A stretch of 64,000 nucleotides of DNA from Marsupella aquatica (lineage: Eukaryota; Plantae; Marchantiophyta): contig OZ316898.1 in the NCBI GenBank assembly GCA_973895155.1, positions 20,781,292-20,845,291 on the forward strand, in the 5' to 3' direction. Positions within the stretch are counted from its first letter, which is position 1; every line of letters begins with the position of its first letter. The notes below the pieces were generated by a model. That model did no database searches. It saw only the letters and a list, made by a program, of their open reading frames with translations, and had not been told where the DNA came from. The position numbers and the translations under genes are program-made. Of the stretch, positions 35,120 through 49,249 are shown in pieces.

Positions 35120-38100
35120 ATGGCGAAAAAGGGATTGATGGACCAGGATTTAAAGGCGCTTGACGTCCACAAGCTGCATCCGCTGTCGCCCGAGGTCATC
35201 TCCCGGCAAGCGACTATCAACATTGGTACGTTGTGGTTTGTTTCTGTGCTGATTCGATATGATTTGCGTTTGTTCTGTTGTTCTCCTCGAATTTGGGGCC
35301 TCGGAGAAGGTCTGTTCCGTGTGAGTATTGAAGCCCTTGCATGAATGGTCATACAACGCATTGTGATGGACTTCGTTGATACAGTGGGGCGTATTTAGGT
35401 CGGGCTCTTGTTAAGGTTGAGCGCAGTGTAGTACCCAAAGGGAGTTGTTGGGCATGCGGCTGGCTGCCACTGCCAATTTGATAACCGTTCTCGGGGCCTG
35501 GTTGAGATGCAGTGAATTTCTCTCGTTTTATTATCGATTTGCAGGACGACCTTTGTGGAGAGAGGGGGCCAGGGAGGGATAATGAAGTATCGCGCAAAGC
35601 TTGAAATTACTCCGAGCGGATGTAGTTTTGAGAACTTGAGTTGTCGACTTGAGGGAGTGGGGCGATTAGATCTCTCTCGCGGAGCTGTTTTTCTCTTTTT
35701 GTCTAGTCATAACTCACCTTGTCGTTCATTCCAGCCTTCCGTAAGAGTTTGAGGTCTGAAAAGTACCCAAGTGGTAAGAAATAGGGCGGGAACTCGTTCG
35801 GGGCTTTTTTAAGAGTTTGGAGATGTGTTGGGATTGGACGAGATCGCATTGAGTCTCACTTGTTTTTCCTGGACTGGATGACTGCAACTTAGTACTTTGC
35901 TCACTGGGGCCATCCTCCAGTGAAAGTGTGTAGGGATCAGTCATTCAATTTTCTTTGGAAGAGCTGTTATGCTGAGCAGGGTAGGCAATCGAGGACCCAA
36001 CAAGGACTCTCGGCTACCTCCTGTCCTGTAGTGTCGCAGAAGGGAAAGTTTTGATTTCGCGACTGAATCACCCGATCTTAGTCTCAACCAGTGGACCCAG
36101 TAGTGTCCCGAAGCGGAACATTTACTGATGGACCCATAGTTTTCGAAGGATTGAACTTAGTTAGGAAGGAGTGGATGCACTTGAATATCTACGAAGAACT
36201 TGCGGTCTATTTGACTTCCAGTATCAACCGAGTGAATTTCATCATCGTGAAAGACTACTCAACTAAAATGTATTCTTGACACTGTCTGATTAATTCAGGG
36301 ACCATTGGACATGTGGCACATGGAAAGTCGACAGTGGTCAAGGCGATCTCCGGTGTGCAGGTAAGACATTTCGCTCTAATATTTAATAGCAGCTTTTCAA
36401 TTCTAGCCGTTTCACTTGCTCGAACATAGATGTAGTCATTTTCTGATGGATTCCGTTCGTATTGTGTCTTGCATAGACTGTGCGCTTCAAGAACGAGTTG
36501 GAGCGAAACATCACTATCAAGCTGGGGTACGCTAATGCAAAAATCTATAAGTGCGAAGATGAAAAGTGTCCGCGCCCCATGGCTTACAAGTATGATCTCG
36601 ATTCCCTATTACTTTTTGGTTGTCACATGAGCTGCTCTGCCAGTATAGAAATCTGGCAGAGCAGATTGATTGATGCACGGTTAAAATATTTCCGAGTTTT
36701 CACGGCTGTTATGCACTTCCATTTGTGTTTTTACCTTTTTGCTACTTGAGTTGCCAGATAGATTGACGTAGAAGATGAACTAACGATTTACTGCTTTGTT
36801 CACCTGACACCGTAAAACCGCACGTAAACTCTCCTCGAACGTGCAGGGCGTATGGGAGTGGCAAAGAGGATTCCCCATGGTGTGATGTCCCTGGTTTTGA
36901 GAGCTCTCGTATGAAGCTTTTGCGGCATGTGTCCTTTGTGGACTGCCCGGTGAGATTTTTGGAGATATCCCAATCAGTGCCTAATGCATGCAGTCCCGCT
37001 GGGGGAGATTCCGTTTGTATGTTCTCCTCCCACACCCAAGGTTGATTGTTTCACCTGTTTGTGCAGGGTCACGACATTCTCATGGCTACTATGCTTAATG
37101 GTGCAGCCATCATGGATGGTGCACTATTGTTGATTGCAAGCAATGAAAGTTGCCCGCAACCACAAACGTCTGAGCATCTCGCTGCCGTTGAAATTATGCG
37201 GCTGAAGCACATTATCATATTGCAAAATAAAATTGATCTCATTCAAGAGAGTGTGGCCATCAATCAACATGAATCTATTCAGAAGTTCATTCAGGTATAG
37301 TCCTTTCTCTTGGTGCGTTTGAGCACATTAATTCCACCGATGGGGTTTTTTGGGGGTGGCCGGGCTTCTTGTTTGGTGGTTGGTTTTCTGGGAGTGTCCG
37401 CAAGCAAAGAGATGTTTGAAGGTTATTTTGTTGCGAACAGGTTTGATCCTTAGTTTGAGAGAATAAGGAGTTTTTTCCTCTGAATTAGATCTTTCCGAAG
37501 ACGCCTTAAATGTTCTTGATAGATATCTTACAGTGATTAACAGGTCCGTCAAGATCGCGAAGGAAAGGACTTCTAAGAAATGATTCATGCACAACCGCTG
37601 GGTTAGTTCTATTAGTGAAGGCCATGACTACAGATCAAGAGAAATTCAAAGGATCAGCAACAGATTAGTGTTGGTTTCTTTTTCCCGAATTGTATTCATT
37701 GATTATTATCTGCTACTAATTCCTGTCCTGCCTTGGTTTTATGGTTGCAGGGAACTATTGCTGATGGTGCTCCAGTTGTGCCCATTTCAGCCCAATTGAA
37801 GTACAACGTGGATGTAGTATGTGAATACATCATCAACAAGATTCCCATTCCAGAGCGAAACTTCATCGCTCCTCCCAACATGATAGTCATTCGGTCCTTT
37901 GATGTGAACAAACCTGGTGCCGAGGTGGATGAGATCAAGGGTGGAGTGGCCGGAGGCAGTATTTTGAGGGTAAGCGATTTCGCATATGTTACGTACTCAT
38001 ATGCTACCTACTTAGTATAGACTGCTTGCTTATCCGTGTGTAAAATTATTAACTCTCCCCCTGGTGGTTTCCAAGTGCAGGGTGTATTGAGGGTAGGGCA

Positions 38101-38778
38101 GAAGATAGAAGTAAGGCCTGGCATTACTTCGAAGGATGAAAGTGGGGCAATCAAGTGCACGCCAATCTATTCCAGGATCATCTCATTGCAGGCTGAACAG
38201 AATGACCTACAATATGCTGTTCCTGGAGGCCTAATTGGAGTTGGTACAACCATTGATCCGACCTTGACTCGTGCTGATAGGCTTGTCGGTCAAGTCCTTG
38301 GAGAGGTTGGTGAGCTACCAGATGTATTTGTCGAACTTGAGGTACGTTACCCAATTTGTGATAGTTTTTCGGTTGATCACTGAACTAAGAGTCGTGATTT
38401 AGGCTTTCAATACACTACCAGCCCCGTCTCTCTCCCTGAATAGGAGGCTCAACCATCGGATTTTTGTTTCTGATCCAGGTCAATTTCTTTCTTCTGCGTC
38501 GGCTCTTGGGTGTGAGAACAAAGGGCACAGAAAAGCAAGGAAAAGTGTCAAAGTTGGCTAAAGGTGAAGTACTGATGCTCAACATTGGATCCATGTCGAC
38601 TGGGGCACGTGTAGCGGCTGTCAAGAATGATCTTGCCAAGCTACAGCTAACTTCCCCTGTCTGCACAAGTAAAGGTGAGAAAGTAGCCTTGAGCAGAAGA
38701 GTTGAGAAGCATTGGCGTCTCATTGGGTGGGGCCAAATACAAGCTGGTGTCATGCTCGATGTACCAAGCGTTGGGTAG
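35120..38778 (+). CDS. EIF2S3: Translation initiation factor eIF2 gamma subunit, 8 exons: 35120-35225, 36299-36360, 36477-36589, 36847-36949, 37067-37294, 37751-37969, 38081-38341, 38479-38778
   Basis: [53 protein letters not shown], ...[11 protein letters not shown]; GT-AG introns. Confidence 0.97.
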
Positions 38779-39422
38779 TAATTCAAGTTAGATTAGGAAT
38801 TTTGGCAACTTGTAGTGCCAATCCAGAAGATTAGAGAGGAGGCGATCAACTGTATTGTCTATTGCAGTGCTTGCCACAATGACAATTTGTGTCATCGTGA
38901 CAGTTAGCGGCTCATTTGTTAGCTAGCAGGAAAATCTGGGCAACGCAACTTGCAGTGCCAGCATTATGTATTGTGGAGGGCCCAATCGTTTAGGATTTGG
39001 GTGTCACAGTGGCAACTTATCGCTAATCTGTGGCGTGGTAGGAAATTGGGCACATTGCAATGCTAATGTGGCAAATCATGAAAGGGTGGCCTTGGACTGT
39101 GATGGGAAGCATGGTGATAATTTATGTCTCATCTCCTGGAGCTTAGGAACAGGCCCACTTACACTGCCAACATTACAGATTGCACACCATTGTAACGGCT
39201 GGCCTTGGCTTTGTAATTAGAAGTAGACCTCTTATTGTACAAAAGTCCAATTACACCTACTTGTGATGAGGGCGAGCTTCCAGAGGTTTTTTATTTGCTT
39301 CTTTCCAGTGTTGCGTTGGCAAATGATGGTCCAGAAGTTTTCTTGCACTGACCTGTGACAAGGCATTTTCATCAAGCTGTGATGTTCGGTTGGAAAGTGT
39401 ATGTACAGTAAAGCACTCTCTG

Positions 39423-40120
39423 AAGAGCTTTATCCGGGACAATGCCATAGTGTCATATGTATAGTAATGCCTTGTCTCAAGCACGCCGCGAGCTTTATCA
39501 GGAACAAATGCCCTGAGTGTCATATTTTTTGGAAATCCCGCCCTCAAGCTTTATCCGGACAATGGCTCTCAGTTATGTGTATATCAAAGCCCATCTTTCA
39601 AGCTTGCCCTCAAGCGGCAAAAGGTAAAGGGAGGCCTCTTGGATGTAAGACCAGAGGGCCACGAAATCAGAAAGCCTTTTATGCACTACGGGCCTGCGGG
39701 GTTTTCCGAGACAACCTCAGTGTTCTCAAGCCTGCCCTCGAGCTTTTCCCGAGTCAAACCCTCAATTCTTAAGCCTGCCCTCAAGTTGTATCTGGGAGTA
39801 AGCCCTTCTGATAGGGTTTTAGAGTGCTTGGAGCCAACTCGGATATTCTAGTTCTAGTGTTCTTGAAAGCTGAGACGAAGTTCGCAAGCATGCCCTCAAG
39901 TTTTATGTGGGACAACCGTTACACCAATCGGTTAACAGCCTACCGCCCTACCACAGGCCAGAGGGTTTTAGAGTGGTTGCAGCCAAACTCGAAATACTCT
40001 AGTTTTATGTGGGAGCTGAGACAGCCCTCAGTGTTCTCAAGCATGCCCCCTCAAGTTTTGTGTTGGACAAAGCAATGAGAGCGTTTTAGAGTGCTTCCAG
40101 CCAAACTCTGAAACATTCTT
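39423..40120. repeat. Degenerate tandem repeat region
   Basis: Recurring AGCTTTATCCGG.ACAATG (~65-bp spacing), GCCCTCAAG and GGGTTTTAGAGTG.TTG.AGCCAA units. Confidence 0.6.
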
Positions 40121-40257
40121 AGTTATGTATGTCTGAGGCTGGGGAAGTCTGTTCTTACTTTCAGTAGATTTGAAGCTGAGAAGGTGTGCGCAGGGGTGTA
40201 GTTTTGCCTGGAACATTTACGTTAAATAGCTTCACTGTGAAACTACAAATCAATGCA

Positions 40258-40834
40258 TTTTGAATTTTGAAGCTGAGTGCTATATGGTGGATACACCTTT
40301 CAGATTTTTTATGTCATGTATTTTTTTATTTCAATTTCCCCTAACAAGGGGCATCCTCTGTATCATATACATTTTTTATTAATTTTTGGATCCCTTAAAT
40401 TTATGGTATCTCAGAGAATGGTGAACTCATTTTGGGATCTCTAAATTTTTAATTTTTGTTATCTCTAGACTAACCAATGACTTTAATTTCTACCACTTGA
40501 ACAAAGTTTTCAAGTAGATTCTAAATAAAGTGAACACATAGTGTCTTAAGTTCCCCTCATGTCTTTCTTCTTAAGTTTATGATTTTAATTGAATTGAGTG
40601 TCATTAATAAAGCACATTGAGTTAATAAGTGCACACATGGTAGCACCTTTGTGTCACAGCACTTGACTTGACTGTAGTTTTCATTGGTGGTGCTTTTGTG
40701 TCAGAACTTGACTGAACTTTTCATTGGTCACTTATTATACGAGTTTTTTTGCATATGCTCTATTTATATTATTTTATTTATTTACATCTCATTACAAGAC
40801 AAAATATCAAAATGTTCTAGGATGAGCATGCTAT
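40258..40834 (+). mobile_element. ~560-bp dispersed AT-rich repeat, copy 1
   Basis: Similar to the reverse complement of 58736-59288; flanked by the 9-bp direct repeat ATCAATGCA (40249-40257 and 40835-40843). Confidence 0.6.
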
Positions 40835-40837
40835 ATC

Positions 40838-41305
40838 AATGCAAAGTCAAATAATTTCACTTCCTGTGCCCAAGGGTTCACACACATCTGCCTGGAACAT
40901 TACTTTAAATAACTTCATTGCGAAACTACAAATCCATGCAAAGTCAAGATAGCTTCACTGTGAAACTACAAATCCATGCAAAGTCAAGATAGCTTCACTG
41001 TGAAACTACAAATCCATGCAAAGTCAAGATAGCTTCACTGTGAAACTACAAATCCATGCAAAGTCAAATAGCTTCACTCCCTGTGCCCAGGGGTTCACAC
41101 ACATCTGCCTGGAACATTAAGTTAACTAACTTCACTGCGAAACCACAAATCCATGCAAAGTATTTAACTCCACTACGGAACCACAAATCCATGCAAGGTA
41201 TAACTTCACTGCAGAACCACAAATCCATGCAAAGTCAAATGGCCTCACTGCCTAGTAGAAACTAAAAATCCAAGCCTTGTGCACAGTCATATAATTTCAC
41301 TGCAA
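40838..41305. repeat. Minisatellite with a 40-bp unit (AGCTTCACTGTGAAACTACAAATCCATGCAAAGTCAAGAT)
   Basis: Three near-perfect copies at 40951-41070 plus degenerate 30-40-bp copies and a ~110-bp duplication. Confidence 0.85.
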
Positions 41306-44300
41306 AATGTAAACTGACAATCTAAGCCGAGCTGCTCTCTCTGGTGATGATGCTTTGCTTTCCTATTATTGATGCACCCAAATTGGTCTGCCACCAGTCA
41401 ATCCCGGTGCTATGGATTTGATCACAATGATACAAATGGACATTAGCAGACCCCCAATTGTAAACGATCAAAGTGTAAATTGAACATGGCAGTATCAGGA
41501 GACATATTCAGTGTACCTCCAAACAAAACTTTATTTCCTAGCCAACCAAACTATATATATTTTGTCCTAGTGGACCTTTGGGCCCACCAAAGGTACCATT
41601 TCATGTCAAAAGTTATAATAACACAATTTTTAGTCCTTATAACAAGAGAAAGTCATTGTAAAAATGCAGGATGTTCTACAGTTTTTAACTGTCAAATGCG
41701 ATTGATTACAATCGCAATGTCAAGTGAACCTTTTCGTTGTGGGGCCAGAGCACGATGCAGAGCGCCACATTTAGAATTTGTATACATTGGCAATAATGTA
41801 TACATGTAGTTAAAAGAGTAGGTTTAGGGCAAACCAGCAGTGTATGCGATTAAAATCAAAATGGATATGTGTATCTTGAACAAATAGAATACATTATGCA
41901 AAATGTATTCAATCCAAGACCTGCCAAATTGCAAACATAAACCTGGATTGACCTGATGATATTTTCTGGCCTCTGCTTCATTGCAATTTACACATCTTGA
42001 AGGGTAGCCATAGTAGGAACATGAGCAAGAACATGAGTAAGAACAACAAGAACAAGCAGCACAAGAAAATGTCAAGAAATGATCCTAAACACAATGAAAA
42101 CAAAAACAGGTTTGCAACAAGCAGGCACATTTGTACTTGAAAATTGCTCTATATACAATATTGACAATGTTTTCCCAGAAGCAATGAAGTTTGGGACACT
42201 ATGGCTTTTGCGTGCTTCAATGCAGCAGTAAACTCTTTTTTGTAGGGTGGATACAATAGCCACAATATGTCCAACCAAGTTGGGAGGCAGCTAGGGTGCT
42301 CCAATGCGACCATAAGATCCTTCATTTCTAGTTTGAATACAATAGCCACAGTGTATTCAACCAAGCAGGGTGGCCGTTGCGGCTACGGTGCTTAGGTGCT
42401 CCATTGCGGCCAAGGGCTACGGCCCTTGCATTATCCTCACACTCCACATTTACTTTTTCACATTACTACACAAGACCAACCACAGTGTTATCAGGCTGCA
42501 TAGTTAACCTGAACTGTGTGATAAACTCTTTCACGAGAACATTGGTATATGGAGTGGGCCCAGAGGTCCACTAGAGGAGAATCTGAAACTTTGGGTCAAC
42601 TTGGAGAGGATCTTCATCTTCTGGTCCATTACGGGATAAATTTTGGTTTGGAGGTCCACTAAATATATCTCTCAAAGTATCAGGGATTCGTGTGACCTCA
42701 CAAGAAAGGGGCTCTTGAAATAACACACAAATATCTCATTGCCTACAAATAGACTGTTCCCTATAGGCAAGACTAGGAGGAATGATTCTTGAGCAAGCAA
42801 GGGCTCTAGACACCTAGAATGTCTGTTTGTCCATCCACATGGGAAATTCGGTGCAACAGGGAAGAAATCTAGGTTGGAAGGGAATGAGTGTGATGAGAGT
42901 AGTGTTGCGATTCAACAATTTGGAGGGTCTGTGGGGGTCTTGACACTCGACTATGGACAGCTGCACATTTGTTGCAGTTGATGGGCCAACAGTTGGATAT
43001 CCACCGAATTGGATGACGAACCTTTGTTACCATCTCATGTAGTACCACAACCACCTCTCTAAGTCTGACCCCTGGGTAACACTAGGATGTTATAGAAAGA
43101 CTATCATAAATTTCAAAGGATAGTGTTTGAGGTGCTTCACTTGTTCTGCCTTGGAATCGAGGGGGAGATCCATCCAAGTGTAGATCTCATCATCAGAGTA
43201 TGCAATACTATAGGGTAGCCCATGAGCGGGTACAATACTAAGGATCCAAAAGGGGCTTGCACCAAGAGGGAGAGAGGGTTGAATCAGGATCTCAAAGCAG
43301 CAAACAAGGTTGAAGGGGTAACCAGTACTCCTCCCATTACCTACCCCAGCCACCCATACCCCTTCACTCCCCTCCATGAAGAGGACAGTTGAACTAACTA
43401 TCTTGGTGCAGCTCATCCCCTGGCCAACTGAAGGAAGCCAGTCCTGTGGCTAAAGCACCCACCTCCTAGCTGATGAGATGAGGGCAAGCAAAAACAAAGA
43501 TTTTTCTTGCAGCAAAATTATGAAGTTTAAGCCAGGATAGACAGGCACCTTGTCTCTGGCAACTCCCATGGACTGTGACAGGGATACAATGAGTGACTCC
43601 AGAGAATCAGCTAAAATAATGTGGAATTGTTTTGTACCTAAAAACTTAAGGAAAGTTGAATGGAACATTTGTGGATGTAATGTTTTTGGCTCAGAAACAA
43701 CACGCAAATCCATTGCACCCATACAACAAATACAGAGCAAGATGACCCACAGAACATGGGGCAAGGGCCAAGGGGGGATGTTGGATGGCACTTGGAGCAA
43801 ATCATAAGAAGGAGCAAAATCCATGCCAAACAATTTTATCAATTGAAACCTTCTGCTAGATTGTCAGACCAATAGGGAACCCATTCTTTGCCTGAATCTA
43901 TTTATCATGCAACACATTCCATTGCATAGCCCTATATTGGACAGAGAGACTGATGGAAAGTAAATCAGAAATCTAAAATTCATTCTGTGTTGTCAGTAAC
44001 AACTTTTGTCTTTTGGAGTGATTACTATGACAAAAGTAAATTGAAGGACACAGAATTACAGACATTCATGGCCTCCTTAGTACTTAATCTGACAATGTTT
44101 GACTCATTGGAGTGCTCTTTGTAAGATGTCCTCATCAAATGAAGGAGAAATTTAAAATTGTTTCTTGCAGACTTCATAGCTGGATTCTCAAGCAACCACA
44201 TAAAAAATCATAATCTCCTTAGTACTTTACTAAATCTGGCCACACTAGACTCTTTGTAATGCTCATTCTAAGACTTCCAGGAACCTTATGCACACAAGTT

Positions 44301-45640
44301 TTGTTTGAGAGGTGCCTCAAAGATTCAGAATTATTTATTGCGGATTATTAGTCAAAGTTGAGGCCGGAACGCAAAATTCTAACCAACTGGGAGTGGGTAA
44401 GAGGCTAAATGAACTTACGTGTCCTAATTTCATGAACCCTGGCTACACCAACAGAAAGAAACTCACTGGTCCGGGCTTGTTGTTGAGTTATGCGTCATTT
44501 TGTTAACAGAAGTACAATAGGGCATGTCACAGCACTGCACTAAGCAAGGTCTGAAGGCTTTTCAGAAGTCCAAAAAGGTAGGTATGTATTTGGGTTGCTT
44601 GTTAGGTTTACCTCCTATATAGGTACCTACCTTTTTGGACATCCCAAAAGATCGTTTAGGCACATATTTAGGATAGTATTTTTGTCCTCAGCCATAAAAT
44701 CACTTTATCCCCTCAGCCGTAACTCAGTTGTGGTCATGCTTGACACCCCTAATAATGTTATACAAGCAAATAGAAACATTGCGAGGCAGTCCGTCTAGGT
44801 TTCGCCGGGACACCTGAGCTTCACAGACAACCTTAAGGTCCATTCCGGCTTCAACTTCTAAAAACATTATTGCTTTTCGATGTAGGAAAAAGAAACAAAG
44901 ATTTTTCAGACCACAGAATTGAACTTAATCGACCATATGGAAAAACACGTCTTATCAACGACGAAGTCTCGTGCAACACGGTCTAGTTCTCGAGACTTGA
45001 CAGTTAGTGACTAATTCTTTGAACCCGAAGTCTTTGGCAGCACTCAATTTTTAGCATAATATCCTCTGTAGACGCCGGCAGAGGCCACGTGATCAAAGGC
45101 ACAAACAGCTTAGTGTACGCTACATTCATCCAGTCATATCCCATATCCTGCACCTGGTCACCCGCCATAGTCGAGGAAGCTTTGGTTCCGCAACATCGAG
45201 AAGAAAAAGGATTCTCTAGCGGAGGAAGCTCGAGTGCTGGAGTCAGATCAGGGACATAGTGATTGAGAGACACCCTGCACGTCGTCCGGGCCAGCTATCC
45301 CAAGCAACGACTTGCTTCAACAGCTGATCTCCTCGAAGTATTCCGCAGCTCTACTGACGAAAGGTTGTAGAGCACTTGAGTTTTTAAGGACCGGTACGTG
45401 CTTGCCCAGAAGTCTGGATTTGAGCCAGAGAGTTGCGTGCAGGCTCGTCGAATGACATCTGCAGTTACAAAGGAAAAAGGCTTGTTAGTGCAATTTTGAT
45501 TGATTGAGAGTGTCGTCGAATCCTATTTCAAAGACGCCTGTCGGGGTCAAGGCAGATACCGGTGGAGGCAGACGAAGGGAGAGAAGTCCGTGGTTGAGTC
45601 ATCCAGCCCTACCAAACTTTTCAACCAGCAAGTGAGCACG

Positions 45641-47057
45641 ATGAGTTGTAGCTTAGTTTCTATGGACAATGGGAAGGAAATCGATTCCCCACAGGACAGA
45701 ACTCCGTCAGACATGGACTTCTCCTCGTCCTCAGGTGCTGCTGCCAACGAAGGACCATCGTGGGCAAACCTCAACCCTGACGCTCTTGCAGAGGTATTCT
45801 GCCGTGTACCATTTGAGGACCGAATGAGGACATTGCCGTTGGTTTGCAAAGGGTGGAGGAACGCCTCTTCGTACCCTGCTTGCTGGAGGTACCTGGATAC
45901 TCTAGACTGGTTTCAAAAGAGAGCGGAGAAGGATTATCTCTGGGAGTTTGAGAGTGGACCTACTATTGAGAAGCTTATCATGACGGCAGTGGACAAGAGC
46001 TGTGGTCAACTCAGGGAGCTGCGGACGAAAAATTGCTCGGATGCTGCAGTAGATTACATAGCTGACAGGTCTGTGGTCAAGAAAAGCATTTCGATTGATG
46101 AGAAGTGAATTTCGTCTTTTTCGTCTTGTTTTTGTTTTGTAAATTTGTGTTTTCTCAAGAGATTAGGTGCTTGTCTGCAAATAATTGCCACTGCTTACGG
46201 CAGCTATATCTCGATAAGTATGACTCAGACATAGATCGCAAGAAGTGAATCAATCTTGCAACAAAAGATTATAGACCCGCATGATTTAGGGGTCAGGCCT
46301 TAGTTTTGATGACGAGTAAAGCCCTCAAGAAATTAATCAACCTTTATGTACTGTAACGAGTGGGATTGCAGATTGTGTGTGGACTTTGGTCCAAAGTTTC
46401 AATCCGTATATGCAAAATATTTTTACCTTGTTGATCAATCTTCATTTGAGCCCAAGTCTTTCTCAAACTATTGAATAGGAATGGAAGGATTGTGATTAAC
46501 ATCCTTCATAGGACATGCTTGGGTTTTAACCTCGGGCATGTAATGTGTTCTGCAGGTGTCCTACGCTGACAGTAGTCGCCATCCCCAACAGCCTCTATAC
46601 CACTGATGAATCGATCACGAAACTGGCAGCCAAATGTCCCAACCTTCAGGAGTTGGACTTGAGCGACTGCTATAACATTTCGAACCAGGCTTTGGAGGCC
46701 GTGGGTCGGCATTGCAAATCGTTGGTGTGGCTAGGACGCAACATGCTTCAGAAACAGCATAACCCCATTACGGGCCCAATTCCTGGGGGGGATGAGGAGG
46801 CCATTGTGGTGTCCAAGCATATGGTGAAGCTTAGACACCTTGAGATGAAGAGAACTAGCTTGTCAGATCGAGGACTGGCTCATTTGGCCCGAGGCTGTGG
46901 AAAATTAGAAAGCTTAAATCTGGCATGCTGCACTTCAGTATCTCCGAAGGCCCTAGCCAGAGTGACTGAGAAGTGCCCCAATATTGTCGATTTCACCAAG
47001 CCTATTACTCCAAGGATGCATGTCGACTCCGAAAGACTGAGGATCCTCTTCGGGTAA
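45641..47057 (+). CDS. F-box/LRR protein, SKIP1/FBW2-like; exons 45641-46068 and 46556-47057
   Basis: F-box WANLNPDALAEVFCRVP...LPLVCKGW; Cys-containing LRRs (CPNLQELDLSDC, CGKLESLNLACC); GT-AG intron within ADR/CP; start codon uncertain. Confidence 0.88.
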
Positions 47058-49249
47058 AGAAAGCCATTCATAGGAGATGTCCTCACAGTGTAATTATAAC
47101 CATTTAGACAGAGCGTGCTAGATGGTAACTTCACACTACACTTTACGCGAAATGATTCACGGTTTCTTGTCTTTAAATTTTTGCAAGCAGCTTATTGACC
47201 TCGTGTGAAATTGTACAGTGCCTGACCATGCTCTGATTTCAGCTCTTTGGCTTAGTTTGGATGGGAGTCGGCTATTTGATTGTCGTGATTTGTATTTTAT
47301 AGCGCCCACAGCTGCTCTCTTCTCAAACGGTTGTGGTTTGTGAGTGCAAATGGCGCGTTACTGTAAACGGGATATGTGAATTTTTATAAACATAGGTTTA
47401 TTAAAATAGGTTTATCGATGCAATTAAATGGAGGGCCACCGTAACGGCATGAATTATTGCAGTCGAGCCGGACCCGGTAATGTACTTAGCTCGTAGGTGT
47501 ATCCCGTAAATTATGCCTAGTGTGTATTACTGCGGCAATGACAGTAATCTAGTGGACGATCTAACTACTGTTGGGGATGGGTACAAGCATGGAAACAGAT
47601 TCTGTGGTTTGAAAGCCAAGTCAATTTCCAGACACGAGAAGTGAGCATGAGTAAGAAAACGGGATCGCCAAGTTTCTTAGCTGAATGATCACAATCAGCT
47701 TTTGCCTTCTCAGACCTTTGCCTTCGGTACCCTTTCAAGGAAGCGCCTTTAATGGGGAGCTGATTCGGAATGAAAGTCGAGAATATGGCGTCTAATATCG
47801 CACTTAACCATTAGTTGCCTTTCTAGCCCATGACAATGAGTTGAGTAAATGAAATGTATTTGTGGAAGAAAAGAGAGTGCAGCAATTCAGTGTAAGACGA
47901 CGAATATATTTCACATGATATTTGGGTCAAAATCATGTCGTCCCATTTCATCAAGCTCATTCCGAGAAATTTAATCAAGCATCTTACGGAGCTATTCGAT
48001 GAGCCTGGTTTCCTAACTCATGGAAGCCTAGACAGTTCTGATGAAGCCTAGACAGTTCTGATGATGCAGACATGTCTTTATGGACACGCTCATCCACGTC
48101 TTACATACTTCATTGGGATTTAAATCAAGCTTATGACTGTTTCATTCGTGAGATATTATCTTTGGACTGACGGGATGAAAGTTGGTGGCATTTCAACGGT
48201 TGCTTCTACGATTTATGTTTCTTGGAAAGGAATTAAAATTAAATAAAATTTCAGTATTTATAATATTTGAGAATAAATTGGATAAAACAAAATTTCTATC
48301 TTTTTCAGATTTCTATAGAAAAATATTACAACAAACTAAGTTTGATAAAAGTAGGCCCTGAGATTTTGATGTGCACATCTTATCCAGGTCTCAATGTATA
48401 GGTACGAAGATTGTCGAGGTTGATATCTCATAGCCAACCTACTGTCCAATTTTGTGAGAAATCCCTTTTTCCCTTAGCCGGCGTAGATATGTAGTCTTGC
48501 TTAGGCACTTTTCATGAATATCCTGCGAGGATCATCAAGAAACACGGAAACAGATGAGTAAAGAACACATGGACTTCCATACTGCAAGCATTTTGGAAGG
48601 ATCAAAGACACTCGGTTGTCCAAGAATAGACAAGAATATGGAAAAGAGTTTAAGCCTTCCAAAATGTAAACCAAAGAAAAAGAAAAAGAGGGGAGTCAAA
48701 ATGATCACCCCTGTCCCCAGGCTTTAAGTGCTTTAAGTGGTTTTTGCCTAGCATACAGCTGCAGGATTTATGAATGCGAGCTCACTTTAAGACGCAAGTT
48801 CGATTACCAGGTATTTCAACCTCAAAGTACTCCAAATGATAAGTCGTTCCTTGGCCACGGGTCTGTACTGGAGGTTGGGCTGGCCCTCACCACCTCCTTC
48901 CTTTGCACTTGGGAAGGGAGACCAACTGTTGACATGGGCCGAGCAGACAGACATTTCTGTTCGCGAGCGTCCTTGATCCCATTCCTTCTCGAGATTGTAG
49001 GCGCGATCGGTGGGAGGGGGTGGGTACCGGGGGCGGAGGTTCAATCCAGTTGTAGTGTTAAGGAGCGAACTTCAAATCACGGAGTCAAACCAATAGCTAT
49101 AACATATTGCACCCGATTCGTCTACTTTGACTAGAGGTACAATGCGCGCTGGACAATCTTGAAGAAAAATAATGGGTTTTGGGTTTTAAGGGGTCTAAGA
49201 CTTTTGAGGTCGAATGATTGATTGCTCGTGTGGCGAGGATTGTACGTCG

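Noticed and set aside
40911-41305. Regularly spaced 30-40-bp repeats resembling a CRISPR array
   Set aside because: The units are directly tandem with no unique spacers, there are no cas genes, and the context is eukaryotic; it is a minisatellite.
42500-43900. Possible LINE ORF1 remnant on the minus strand (similarly 53700-54460 and 60420-60900 as ORF2 remnants)
   Set aside because: Only weak, fragmentary resemblance; family and boundaries cannot be supported without a search.
47527-47554. Hairpin followed by CTAGT resembling a Helitron 3' end
   Set aside because: The stem is short and AT-rich, directly abuts CTAG, and no matching 5' end or second copy is identifiable.
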